Of a DNA stretch of 32,000 nucleotides, positions 1-9,470 are shown one piece after another. A model generated the notes under the pieces. That model was not told the DNA's origin. It worked only from the letters and a program-made list of their open reading frames with translations, and searched no databases. The translations under genes were made by a program, and so were the position numbers. Numbering within the stretch: position 1 is the stretch's first letter; every line of letters starts with the position of its first letter. The DNA is from Salmonella phage vB_Sen_I1, in sequence record MT233524.1; one strand, written 5' to 3'.

Positions 1-325
1 TAAGCATTACCGCATTATCACGACTAAATGGAACCTCAGTAGCAGGATCAGCATCTGTTTCAATCAGCATCAGTTTTTCAACGTCACCTACAGTCAAACC
101 AGTCCAACCTTTAATAGCTGCGTCAACAAATGCCTCAATGAATTTATCATCATCTTGTACCTGAATCAAAGTACCATTAACCCATTCGTCACGCTTAGCA
201 GAGGTGATAACTCGTTTAGAAGTAGCACGAGACATATAATTAAGCTCTAGCTTAAAGTTCGGCATACCTGGGTATGAAAGAGTGACAGTACGAGTTTCTA
301 GAGTAATATCTTTTAAGTTAATCAT
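1..325 (-). CDS. Partial ORF running off the left edge; possible tail assembly chaperone-like protein
   Basis: Reverse strand from ATG at 325 reads MINLKDITLETRTVTLSYPGMPNFKLELNYMSRATSKRVITSAKRDEWVNG... open to the window edge; position next to tail genes. Confidence 0.6.
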   Translation of the reverse strand, partial: MINLKDITLETRTVTLSYPGMPNFKLELNYMSRATSKRVITSAKRDEWVNGTLIQVQDDDKFIEAFVDAAIKGWTGLTVGDVEKLMLIETDADPATEVPFSRDNAVML

Positions 326-1221
326 TATTTTCTTTCTCCAAAGAAGTTTATTTCTACAGGATCTGAATCAGCAGTAGGTATTACATCATACTCTACCTGA
401 TACAAATCTGAGAAGTTTAGGCGTTTTGAAATACGTGCTAAAGGGAATGTTATAGAAACATATTTATTCTTAATAATTAGTGGAGTTCTTGTTTCAGGGT
501 CTAGATTCAAGAACTTATCTCCTACCAATCTCTTAACGTAATAGAAAGCTAGCGTTGCGGAAGCATTCATCTCATTGACATAAGCTCGTTTATTAGTATA
601 AACTTTATTTATATCAAATATACTTCTATCTTCTCTCCAAGAACATTGTTGCTGGAAGGACATAGATGCTGAAATTAATGCAGGCAGCGGCGCGCTATTA
701 GTATACACAGCTGGGGGACTATACGGAAGTACTTCACCTTGTGTAATTGTATATCCATCACGGAAAGTAGATACTTCAGAGAATTTTCCAGACTCAATAC
801 CAACATTTAGAATTGGTACACTCTTATCTAGAGAAAAATCAACTGTTGATACATAACAGTTTTCGAAATAAATACAGCTATTATTATAATTAATAATATA
901 CATATTGAACATAATAGGTTCAATATTAGAGGTATTTCTTGGCAAAAATAAAGAATTTCCCTCACGCGTGAATCCCATCCAATCAAAGAAATTAGATTCA
1001 ATAAGCGTAGTACTGAAATTTATTGCCAATGAAATAGATGAAGGATCTTGAGCATTAATAATAGAGTCTGCATAGTTAGTACGATTATGAATAGTACGTC
1101 TAAGAGTTTTAAACTCTTGAAAAGACGTACTAGCGTCATAGTTAGAGAGGGCATCAAAATGATACCCTCTACCATCATACTCAATAACTATTTTAGACTC
1201 TCGCATGAGAGAATAAAACAT
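325..1221 (-). CDS. Baseplate tube / minor tail protein, T5 p140-like
   Basis: 298-aa ORF in the T5-like gene order immediately downstream of the pb6-like tail tube gene. Confidence 0.65.
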   Translation of the reverse strand: MFYSLMRESKIVIEYDGRGYHFDALSNYDASTSFQEFKTLRRTIHNRTNYADSIINAQDPSSISLAINFSTTLIESNFFDWMGFTREGNSLFLPRNTSNIEPIMFNMYIINYNNSCIYFENCYVSTVDFSLDKSVPILNVGIESGKFSEVSTFRDGYTITQGEVLPYSPPAVYTNSAPLPALISASMSFQQQCSWREDRSIFDINKVYTNKRAYVNEMNASATLAFYYVKRLVGDKFLNLDPETRTPLIIKNKYVSITFPLARISKRLNFSDLYQVEYDVIPTADSDPVEINFFGERK

Positions 1222-1225
1222 TTAA

Positions 1226-2617
1226 TTAACCACCTGTTACAGTAATCTGTTTAGTGCCTTTAACTCCAGAACCATCCTTAGCAGTAGCTTCCACAGTTAC
1301 TGCACCAGTTTTACTAGCATTTGCTGTTAGTAACCCTGTTGCACTGATAGTGGCTGCATCACCGGCAATGATAGCCCAGGTAACATCCTTATTCCTTGCG
1401 GAAGAAGGAGTAACTTCAACACTCATCTGAAGAGTTTGTCCAGTCCGAACAGAAGTAGCCTCACCGGCAGATTTAACAGTAATTGCAGTTACAGCATCAG
1501 TAGCACCATCACCATTAACAATCAAGTTATTAATAGTTGTTTTAGTATATTTACTAGAGAAACCTAAGTAACCCTCATCACCAGCATCCAGATCAGATGG
1601 AATAGCCTTAAACTCTACTGAAGTACCAAGTACATCATCAGTCTCAATCGTAGGGATGTTAACGTGTGCTTGTTTAGCTACCAGAATAGCTGCAGGACGT
1701 TCATCCTCATACTCGCCACCAAGTACTAGAGCTATTTCGAAGCGGTTAACTACCTTCAGAGTTTTGATAAGATCTTTGTACAGTTCCATAGAACCAAGAG
1801 ATTTATCATTCAGGTAAGCAGTTAATGAACCAGTTAATTCAAAAGCACCAGTAAAGGAACCAATTGGAATAGTAACACGGGACATTACATTAGGTGTTAA
1901 ATAAGTAATGTTGTTGTTAATAGTAAAAGTACCACCGGTAATCGGTATGTCATAAGACTTATTGGTATCCATGTCCTTGATCTTCAAGATCGTTAGTTTG
2001 TTCTTAATATAAGAACCCTGGATAGTCATATAAGTTTCATCATCAATACCTATTTCATCCGGATCAAATGGTTGCTCATCCAGAGGAATAAGCTGATTAC
2101 CATTACCAGACCAAGTTACACGGCCAATATCTTCGATATCAACGTTAACTTCTGCCTGATTAATCTGACAGGAATCAATATAACTCCATGCTTTATCAGT
2201 CAGAATATAAATATGTAACATTGCTAACTCATGATAGGAGTTATCTTTGAAGTTAACCATGAAGTTAGTTGTGTTATTGTGTGCCCCTGTATTACCTTCT
2301 AAGTTAATAGCTTTACCACTAGAAAGTGCATGCCATAACATATAGTCAGGAACAATTTGTTTGCTAGTAGTTTTATCTTTATACGGTAGGATGTAAGTAG
2401 AAAAACTCCACTCAGCTGCGTTTAAAGAGTCGTTAAAACGTTTAGAACCACGAGTTGGACGCGGACCAGCTTCATTAACAGTAATATCTGTTGAGTTACT
2501 GTCCTGACCCCAAGAAATATCATCCTGAACTAGAATCTCTTGCGTGTTGGTCTTATTATGACCAGTCTTAACCGTAGACACGAAGATTCGAGTATTACGT
2601 AATAGTTGTAAAGACAT
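1226..2617 (-). CDS. Major tail tube protein, T5 pb6-like, with C-terminal BIG2/Ig-like domain
   Basis: 463-aa ORF; C-terminus VTVEATAKDGSGVKGTKQITVTGG is typical of a bacterial Ig-like domain; length and order match T5 pb6. Confidence 0.88.
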   Translation of the reverse strand: MSLQLLRNTRIFVSTVKTGHNKTNTQEILVQDDISWGQDSNSTDITVNEAGPRPTRGSKRFNDSLNAAEWSFSTYILPYKDKTTSKQIVPDYMLWHALSSGKAINLEGNTGAHNNTTNFMVNFKDNSYHELAMLHIYILTDKAWSYIDSCQINQAEVNVDIEDIGRVTWSGNGNQLIPLDEQPFDPDEIGIDDETYMTIQGSYIKNKLTILKIKDMDTNKSYDIPITGGTFTINNNITYLTPNVMSRVTIPIGSFTGAFELTGSLTAYLNDKSLGSMELYKDLIKTLKVVNRFEIALVLGGEYEDERPAAILVAKQAHVNIPTIETDDVLGTSVEFKAIPSDLDAGDEGYLGFSSKYTKTTINNLIVNGDGATDAVTAITVKSAGEATSVRTGQTLQMSVEVTPSSARNKDVTWAIIAGDAATISATGLLTANASKTGAVTVEATAKDGSGVKGTKQITVTGG

Positions 2618-2643
2618 TTAATTATTTTCTCCTAATCTGTAAC

Positions 2644-3129
2644 TTATCTGCGAAGTGACCTACGTGGAGGCTGATACCTCACTGTTACATTTATTTCTGC
2701 TAAACCATATGGGGCCAGTAGACCCTCATCTGTACTAACTGATGTAATGATCATATCAGTTGCCTCACATGGGAAGGTCGATCCATTAGGTTTACTAACA
2801 GTATATTCTAAATTTCCACCTGTGTCAATAACGGTTTTTATATCCGCTACGAGTTTTTCAAGTTGCTCTTGAATGTCTGTTTTCTCTTTATCGTACACCA
2901 GGATTGGAAGTTCTAAAAACATCCACTGTTGGCCTGAAGGAAGATACTGCCCAGTTTCAGTTCCGATATGAACTGCCACATAAGGAAACTCTCGTATTTC
3001 CTCAAATTTATAAGTTTGACGAGAAACGTTTCCATATAGGTTATTAAAATATTCGTCTGGTTGAGAACCATCCATTTGTTTAGAGATTCGGTCAACCATA
3101 GCTTGTGCAATACTTGTTCTATGGTCCAT
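2644..3129 (-). CDS. Tail terminator protein, T5 p142-like
   Basis: 161-aa ORF, order and length as in T5. Confidence 0.7.
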   Translation of the reverse strand: MDHRTSIAQAMVDRISKQMDGSQPDEYFNNLYGNVSRQTYKFEEIREFPYVAVHIGTETGQYLPSGQQWMFLELPILVYDKEKTDIQEQLEKLVADIKTVIDTGGNLEYTVSKPNGSTFPCEATDMIITSVSTDEGLLAPYGLAEINVTVRYQPPRRSLRR

Positions 3130-3132
3130 TTA

Positions 3133-3900
3133 TTAGGTTCCTTGATTAACCTTAATTTTGTATCTGGAGTGAATTAAGTCTCTTGCAGCTTTTGCTATAG
3201 CCTCACCAATAAGTTTTTGGGGGTTTCTAGCACCAGGATAAGGTCGTAGAGATAATCTCCTGTAGGTAGATACTGCAGGGTTGAACACAGAATATGGACG
3301 AGTCATATAATTATATGTTACGTTCAATTCAGGAGAGCCTTTACTAGTTTCAGAATCACGAAGCATAACATCCTTAATTTTCAGAGAATTTGCAAAGCGA
3401 CCGGTTCTAAATTTTAATGGCGCTCCTGTCTTTTTCATATCCTTTATTAAGTACTCTTTAGCAACTATCTCTAATATAACCTTCATATTGCTATTAGACA
3501 CGAAACGTCCGGAAGCACCTGTTATTGCACCTGAGTATCCATCCTCTACGTCTCTAGGATCCCCAAAGTTTACCTCTACTCTGCCTGTAGAACGTTTTTT
3601 ACCTACAGCAGATTTTTTACCAGCAGTTGCTTGTATTAGATTCTCCAGAGCACCTAAATCTCCCGAAAGATCTAAACTAGAGGATACAGCTTTTAGTATA
3701 GAGGCTGTCCTAACATCAAGAAGATCTTGGGATACAGGTTTTGAAAACTTAAAAGATACTTGAGCAATAGTACCATCTCTGGTAGGATCTTTTAACCCTG
3801 TTTCAACAGAGTATACAACAGTATTCTTGTTATTTTCAGATCGTCCTGCAGTATCTAGCTGCTCTTTAATAATTTGTTTAGCTAGATCAGAAAGAGACAT
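3133..3900 (-). CDS. Tail completion / neck protein, T5 p143-like
   Basis: 255-aa ORF in the connector module. Confidence 0.65.
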   Translation of the reverse strand: MSLSDLAKQIIKEQLDTAGRSENNKNTVVYSVETGLKDPTRDGTIAQVSFKFSKPVSQDLLDVRTASILKAVSSSLDLSGDLGALENLIQATAGKKSAVGKKRSTGRVEVNFGDPRDVEDGYSGAITGASGRFVSNSNMKVILEIVAKEYLIKDMKKTGAPLKFRTGRFANSLKIKDVMLRDSETSKGSPELNVTYNYMTRPYSVFNPAVSTYRRLSLRPYPGARNPQKLIGEAIAKAARDLIHSRYKIKVNQGT

Positions 3901-4412
3901 TATACTCTCCTATATACTTCAATAATAGTACGAATATGCTCTGGAATACCAGATTTAGTGTTATTGAAGGTTACTGTTTCACCACCAATTGTTTTAGCTT
4001 GGCGATAATCTTGTTTGTGCCAATGATCTACTAGCATACATGCTGCAAGTTTGAGATCTTCAGGTATTGGATTGAATCCACCTTGTGTATATGCTACATC
4101 CATATAACCTTCTGGAGGGTTAAATTTGAGAAGGATAATACCGTCAGAGTATAGCTTATACTGCTCTGGGTCAATCTCATTATCGTTAATAGTCACTTTA
4201 GTTACGGAGGTAGCAGATGGTGAGCTCAGAAAATATTTCCTACGTGTAGGTTTTGTATTGATTAACTGGTCTACCGCATCAGCATCATCCATGCCTAGAA
4301 GGCTCGTAATCAGCGCATTGGCAGCAGTAATCATCATTTCTACACCAGATTCTAGTTCAGGTCGTTTTAAGCTACCATATAACCTATAATCTTCGGCTGT
4401 AATGATTTGCAT
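3900..4412 (-). CDS. Head completion (head-tail connector) protein, T5 p144-like
   Basis: 170-aa ORF with gp6/connector-like N-terminus and phage order capsid-connector-tail. Confidence 0.7.
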   Translation of the reverse strand: MQIITAEDYRLYGSLKRPELESGVEMMITAANALITSLLGMDDADAVDQLINTKPTRRKYFLSSPSATSVTKVTINDNEIDPEQYKLYSDGIILLKFNPPEGYMDVAYTQGGFNPIPEDLKLAACMLVDHWHKQDYRQAKTIGGETVTFNNTKSGIPEHIRTIIEVYRRV

Positions 4413-4424
4413 TTATTTTTCCCA

Positions 4425-4452
4425 ATAAAAAAGGAGAGCCGAAGCTCTCCTT
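4425..4452 (-). terminator. Rho-independent terminator downstream of the major capsid gene
   Basis: Minus strand: AAGGAGAGC-TTCG-GCTCTCC followed by TTTTTTATTGGG; 9-bp stem, UUCG loop, U-tract, 20 bp after the capsid stop. Confidence 0.88.
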
Positions 4453-4471
4453 ATCGGCTGAAAAGCCTGTA

Positions 4472-5848
4472 TTAAGATGCAGCGTAAGCACCAGATACAA
4501 CGCCATTATTAAAGTAACGTTGAAGGTTAACACGCTGAGTAACGTAATACGCATCACGCTGTTTACCAGCTTGGCGCTCACGTTCAACAGTAACAGCACG
4601 CTGACGTGGCATTACGAAGTTATCTTTGTAAACAATAACTGCGAACTCTGCGGAGGTAGCTTTAGCCGGGAAGAACTCAGAAACTACAACCGGCAGACCG
4701 TAAATACGACCAACCTGACCTTGCAGTTTAACAGCATCATTACCAACCTGGGCAACATCCTGCCATTCTTCATCTTCCAGCAGATCGTAGTAAGCATCCA
4801 TAGATACGATAAGTACCAGTTTGCTCAGTTTCAGACCATGACGGCCCAGTTTACGACGCAGTTTAGAGATAGTTTTAGCAGTTACCAGAACAGAACCATC
4901 AGCTTTAGCTTCAGTAATAACTTTAGCACTATCGCCTTCAGCCAGTTTCAGCAGACCCTTAGGCTTACCAGTACCGTCACCAGTCATAAACGCTTCTTCG
5001 ATAGAAACAGCGTGTGCTTCAATCAGACGCTTACGCAGCAGAGGTAGCAGGGAGAAGATTGCATCTTCTTCAGTTTCATCAGTAATGAAGGACTTAGCAG
5101 CCAGTTTATAGGTTTTGAACTGAATTTCAGTCAGAGCACCTTTAACTTCGTCACCAGTAGTAGTATCAGTACCATATGCACTAGCATCTACCCAAGTAGC
5201 TTTACCAGCATCTGGTTCAACCAACATAGTAAGAATTTTGCTGGACATTGGCAGTTCTTCAAACAGAGCACCAACTACTAGTTCTTTCTGCAGGTCACGA
5301 ATAATACGCTGGGAGAAAATAGTTTCATAGCTTTCACTAGAAACTTCTACTGAAGAGGACTGGTTTACAGCTTTCAGGTGTCTCTGGCCATGTTCGGTAT
5401 CAAATACACCTTTTTCCATCACGTAAGACAGAAGAACCAGTTTTTCAACTTCATCTTCAAAGTTTTCCTGAGTACCATACAGTGCTTTAGCTACGCTATC
5501 ACCAACGAAGGAACGACCTTCACGAGCTGCTAGCAGAGATTTAATTTCATCCTGAAGACCAACAATAGTTTCCTGCTGTTTTTCTACAGTCTGTGCAAAC
5601 AGTTCTGCGCTCTTTTTAGATTTTTCATCCAGAGACTTAACTAGTTCCAGAGCTTGTTCCAGTTTCTGACGATCTTCGCCAACTGCTTTAGAAACCAGAT
5701 CATTCATACGAGCCAGTTCTTTTTCTTCCTGCTCTTTACGCATACGTTCAGCTTCAGCAGCTTTCTGAGCAGCGGTCAGACCTTCCAGAGATTTAGCCAG
5801 ATCACCCAGACCAAGTTCTTCTTTCAGCTTATTAATATCAATAGTCAT
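4472..5848 (-). CDS. Major capsid protein precursor, T5 pb8-like (HK97 fold), with N-terminal coiled-coil scaffold domain
   Basis: 458-aa ORF; long Glu/Lys/Gln-rich N-terminal region followed by capsid sequence, adjacent to prohead protease. Confidence 0.92.
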   Translation of the reverse strand: MTIDINKLKEELGLGDLAKSLEGLTAAQKAAEAERMRKEQEEKELARMNDLVSKAVGEDRQKLEQALELVKSLDEKSKKSAELFAQTVEKQQETIVGLQDEIKSLLAAREGRSFVGDSVAKALYGTQENFEDEVEKLVLLSYVMEKGVFDTEHGQRHLKAVNQSSSVEVSSESYETIFSQRIIRDLQKELVVGALFEELPMSSKILTMLVEPDAGKATWVDASAYGTDTTTGDEVKGALTEIQFKTYKLAAKSFITDETEEDAIFSLLPLLRKRLIEAHAVSIEEAFMTGDGTGKPKGLLKLAEGDSAKVITEAKADGSVLVTAKTISKLRRKLGRHGLKLSKLVLIVSMDAYYDLLEDEEWQDVAQVGNDAVKLQGQVGRIYGLPVVVSEFFPAKATSAEFAVIVYKDNFVMPRQRAVTVERERQAGKQRDAYYVTQRVNLQRYFNNGVVSGAYAAS

Positions 5849-5865
5849 TTTTAAATAATTCTCCG

Positions 5866-6498
5866 TTATTCTTTAACGTAGCCTAAAGCTATCGCAAGTT
5901 TTTCTAGTTCAGAAAGATTACGTTCTTGAGCTGGGACAGCTTTAGAACTTATTGCAGTAAAAGATTTTCGCCATTCAGTGTAATCATGACCATTCATACT
6001 CTTGGCGAGGTTGAATGTTGAGTCCTGATTACAAGGTACAGAAACTACCGAAACTTCGTATAGTTCTAAATCTTTAATAATAAATATATCAGTAGCTTCA
6101 TCCCACTCTGCATCTAGGCAGCGGAATCCGATACTAAAAGTTTTCAGTACACCGTTTTTAATTAGTGAAAAGATAGCCGGGTCAGAACTTTCATAGATCT
6201 CGCATTCGATTTCGAGACCCATTTCAGTAGGATTAAGATCAATACACTTGCCGATTGGACGACGATGGTCGTGTCCGAAAAGAATAATCGGGTTTTTCAT
6301 GTAGTTAGCAAGTGCATTAGATGTTTTCCATGCGGAAGCAGGGATTACATCACCAGCGCGATCTTTACTAATTGTATTAGCGAATCCACGGATTTTTACA
6401 ACACCTTCTTTGGATTCGCTATCAATAGATTTAATATAAGCATCTAAATGAACCGGTGCTGATTTTAACTTGTTATAGTCAATAGCAGCTTGTGTCAT
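5866..6498 (-). CDS. Prohead maturation protease
   Basis: 210-aa ORF with IKGFANTISKDRAGDVIPASAW...NPIILFGHDHRRPIG...SIGF, typical of HK97-type proheadases. Confidence 0.92.
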   Translation of the reverse strand: MTQAAIDYNKLKSAPVHLDAYIKSIDSESKEGVVKIRGFANTISKDRAGDVIPASAWKTSNALANYMKNPIILFGHDHRRPIGKCIDLNPTEMGLEIECEIYESSDPAIFSLIKNGVLKTFSIGFRCLDAEWDEATDIFIIKDLELYEVSVVSVPCNQDSTFNLAKSMNGHDYTEWRKSFTAISSKAVPAQERNLSELEKLAIALGYVKE

Positions 6499-6501
6499 TT
6501 A

Positions 6502-6984
6502 TTAGCCTCCACCACCGGGATTAACCGTTACTGTGCATGCAGTAGAATCCTTACTAACTTTCTTACTATCTGTTACAGTTACTTTATAGGATCCAGAATC
6601 CCCAGTAGCTGCTGCAGGCTTAGTATAGGTAGCTCCTGAAGCATCTGGAATAGGAGAACCATCTTTAGTCCATGCATAAGTATATGGACCAGTACCACCG
6701 GTTGCAGTAACAGAAAGTGTTAACGCTGCTCCCTCTTTAACAGACATGCTAGCAGCTAAATCCTTAGAAAGAGTTAATGGTGGAGCAGGAGGAACTGCTT
6801 TACCATAAGCCTCTACAAATTTCTTCCATACTTTGCGGTTAGTATGCGCAGATGAAAGTCCTAGTTCTCTACGCAAAAAAGCATAGCTAGGAACATATTT
6901 ATGCGCAGCAACCGTAGCAAAGAAGATATGAGATTCTGGCAGTTTTTCACCAAAAATGGTCTTTAGACCACTATAATCAATCAT
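6502..6984 (-). CDS. Capsid decoration protein, T5 pb10-like, with Ig-like domain
   Basis: 160 aa; MIDYSGLKTIFGEKLPESHIFFATVAAHKYVPSYAFLRREL plus PKD/Ig-like C-terminal domain, recognised as T5 pb10-like. Confidence 0.92.
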   Translation of the reverse strand: MIDYSGLKTIFGEKLPESHIFFATVAAHKYVPSYAFLRRELGLSSAHTNRKVWKKFVEAYGKAVPPAPPLTLSKDLAASMSVKEGAALTLSVTATGGTGPYTYAWTKDGSPIPDASGATYTKPAAATGDSGSYKVTVTDSKKVSKDSTACTVTVNPGGGG

Positions 6985-8198
6985 TCTTTATCTCCCTCGG
7001 TGGAACCTTGAGGTCTACCACCTTCTTGACCGGATACACCTGTTGCAGAACCAGCAACGTTAGCAGGAATACGAATCTTATTCATCTGCTCATCATCTAA
7101 AGGTTCAAGGTTCAGCTCTAAACGAGCCTCATTACCAGTTATAATACCATTATTAACCAATGAGGTTAAATGTTTAGCCTCAGATTCTTTATCTGGTGTT
7201 AATGCAGCTACTTCCTTAGTATTAGGAGTAATCTTATAACCAAAAAAGAAAGTAAGAGAACTAGTCAGCTTGTTCAGCATAGGGATGATAGTCATGTAAT
7301 AGAACAGTTCGATATTTGGTCGAATGTTCGCATTATTACCACCATCAAGTAACACTTGCGGAACACCAAAGGCTAGACAGATGGATTTATTAAATCCTTC
7401 GATGTCTTCCTTAAAGTCTAGATCTTTAAAAGAGGATATTTGGGAGTACGGTTTAGCTTTCATACCACCATCTAGAATCAGGACAGAGGACTGACCAGTA
7501 CTAGGATTATAATCTAGTTGTAATTCTTCTTGTTTACGCTCACGCAATTTCTTGTTCAGGATTTCATCCGTCTCAAGAATAAGACCAATCACGGTTCCGT
7601 TATCTAGGAACTTCTCTTTAAAGTTAAGCATCTTAGAACGCTTCTCAAGAGAATCAATAACAGTAGCAACACGAGATTGTCCAGAAATTTGAGAATTTGT
7701 GCCACACACGTAACTGTTATCCTTTATAAAGATAATCTCATCTACGCGATAGTCTATCTGATTATTAAATATAAATTTTTTGATAAACTTATTGGCATCT
7801 GCCTCTACTTGCATTAGTGCAGCAGGGACATGATAAAGTGCTGTGCCATCCCAATAGATGTATGCACAACCTTCAAAAAGTAGGTCAGTGACTACAAGTC
7901 TACGGAATGTGCTTATATCCATGAATGGATTAGGTCGTACATTTAAGAGAGTGTCTAGAGTCTTTGTCTTGATGCCATTGGCATACGTGACAATATTATA
8001 TTTATCTCCGACAGTATAAGAACACTCCGCCGCACTATCTATAACCATATTAGCAGTTCTATTGAGAATCTCAATTTTACTGTAGGCTTGTCCAGTGGTA
8101 AAAGGCTTACGGTTAGTGCGATGACTAACTGGTTCCATGTCTCTTATAATACGTTGACCCGGATTTAGCTTTTCAGTAATCCAGCTTTTAAAACCCAT
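6981..8198 (-). CDS. Portal protein, T5 pb7-like
   Basis: 405-aa ORF; HK97-family portal features (LNVRPNPFMDISTFRRLVVTDLLFEGCAYIY..., KDLDFKEDIEGFNKSICLAFGVPQVLL). Confidence 0.92.
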   Translation of the reverse strand: MGFKSWITEKLNPGQRIIRDMEPVSHRTNRKPFTTGQAYSKIEILNRTANMVIDSAAECSYTVGDKYNIVTYANGIKTKTLDTLLNVRPNPFMDISTFRRLVVTDLLFEGCAYIYWDGTALYHVPAALMQVEADANKFIKKFIFNNQIDYRVDEIIFIKDNSYVCGTNSQISGQSRVATVIDSLEKRSKMLNFKEKFLDNGTVIGLILETDEILNKKLRERKQEELQLDYNPSTGQSSVLILDGGMKAKPYSQISSFKDLDFKEDIEGFNKSICLAFGVPQVLLDGGNNANIRPNIELFYYMTIIPMLNKLTSSLTFFFGYKITPNTKEVAALTPDKESEAKHLTSLVNNGIITGNEARLELNLEPLDDEQMNKIRIPANVAGSATGVSGQEGGRPQGSTEGDKE

Positions 8199-8635
8199 TA
8201 TAAGAACCTTGCGAATCCTGATTTTGTTTCAGTCTTGACTTGTGTCTTTTCTTGAGGATTCTGTAATTTGTCTTTCTGCTTTTGAACCCACACTTTTTGC
8301 TTATTAGCAGAAAATAAAGGAGGTTCTTTTGTGTAAACCTTATGTAATAATTGGTGGTGATGCTGGCAGAGTGTTACTACTTCTTCAATTAGCTCTCGCT
8401 CATATTGCTTATAGAATGCTTCCCTATTAGATAGGGTAATTTCCTCATCAGTGAAATCTAATTGATTTTCTTTAGCGAATTTCTTAACTAATTGAGAAAT
8501 AGTAAAATAATGATGTAATTCTAGGTCATCATTACTACCACAAATTGCACAGCAATCACCTCTCCTATACCTAGATTTAATGCCGTCACGCATAATTGAT
8601 ATGGCGTCACGTTTGAATTTTACATTGGTGGCCAT
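8198..8635 (-). CDS. HNH endonuclease near terminase
   Basis: CCAICGSNDDLELHHYF ... TLCQHHHQLLHKVY is an HNH motif. ORF opens at 8650, but the ATG at 8635 has the GGAGG-like leader (ttggaggaatATG). Confidence 0.85.
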   Translation of the reverse strand: MATNVKFKRDAISIMRDGIKSRYRRGDCCAICGSNDDLELHHYFTISQLVKKFAKENQLDFTDEEITLSNREAFYKQYERELIEEVVTLCQHHHQLLHKVYTKEPPLFSANKQKVWVQKQKDKLQNPQEKTQVKTETKSGFARFL

Positions 8636-9311
8636 ATTCCTCCAATCCAAAGTTACTTAGAAAGACTACTATATCCTCTGGAGCAACATTAAAAAATTCT
8701 GTGCTTCCTGTAAATTTTGAAAACCCACAGTTTTTATTATAGTACTCTCTATGGACTTCTTTTTCTAAATCTAGAGCAGTTTCTCTATCAGGTAAATGAT
8801 ACGTGGTAAACAAATATAAATCTGAAAATCCAGACTCTCTTTTAACCTCGTTCAACCGCTTCTCGGGGTATAAACTTATACCTACTTTAGTACCCATAGA
8901 AGAGGACATGATATATAGAAATCCACCATTATCCCATTTAAGGGAACAATAAGGACATCTTCTACCTTGCGTCAACCCATCTAAGGTAATGTAGCATTCA
9001 TGACCATTGTTACAGCGTAGATGTAGTTTTGTTTTTGCATTAGTATAGTTACTTAACAGCGTATACCCTATGCTGGATATCCTGTTATTAACTTCATCTA
9101 GCGATATAGTATTAGGAGCGCAATGTGGGCAACTCCTTCCCATATGGAGTATAGAATGCGGCGTTGCTTCCCAGACGTGTGCTCTTTGGCACTTAAATAC
9201 TGTTTTTGTACGTTGGTTTACATATTCACCGACAATTTGGATTCCACGATCAGCTAATCTAGTATTTATATCTTTTATTGTTAGCTTTTGTCGACCCATA
9301 GAATCTCTCAC
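8607..9311 (-). CDS. GIY-YIG-type (T5orf172/MUG113-like) nuclease with two N-terminal zinc-ribbon repeats; possible homing endonuclease
   Basis: Two C-x-H...CPHC / C-x-H...CPYC treble-clef repeats followed by GFLYIMSSSMGTKVGISLYPEKRLNEVKRESGF... nuclease-like domain. Confidence 0.75.
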   Translation of the reverse strand: MRDSMGRQKLTIKDINTRLADRGIQIVGEYVNQRTKTVFKCQRAHVWEATPHSILHMGRSCPHCAPNTISLDEVNNRISSIGYTLLSNYTNAKTKLHLRCNNGHECYITLDGLTQGRRCPYCSLKWDNGGFLYIMSSSMGTKVGISLYPEKRLNEVKRESGFSDLYLFTTYHLPDRETALDLEKEVHREYYNKNCGFSKFTGSTEFFNVAPEDIVVFLSNFGLEEYGHQCKIQT

Positions 9312-9470
9312 ACCCCATATAGAGCACTAATTTTTCTTGTTTACGTTCTATTATGGGAGAAGTTCTCCCGATCAATGAATATAGTATACATAATCGTATC
9401 GAATTTGTAAAGGGGATTTTAAAATGCAGGAATGGGATACCAACTGAGTAGTATCCCATCCTATACTTAT

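Noticed and set aside
4520-5854. Plus-strand ORFs (175 aa and 66 aa) opposite the capsid gene
   Set aside because: Antisense to a strongly supported capsid gene with Phe/Thr/Ser-biased composition typical of mirror frames.
9432-9459. Terminator call for ATGGGATAC-caactgagta-GTATCCCAT after terL
   Set aside because: The stem is real (9 bp) and lies after the terL stop, but neither strand has a U-tract, so it is noted only as a hairpin.
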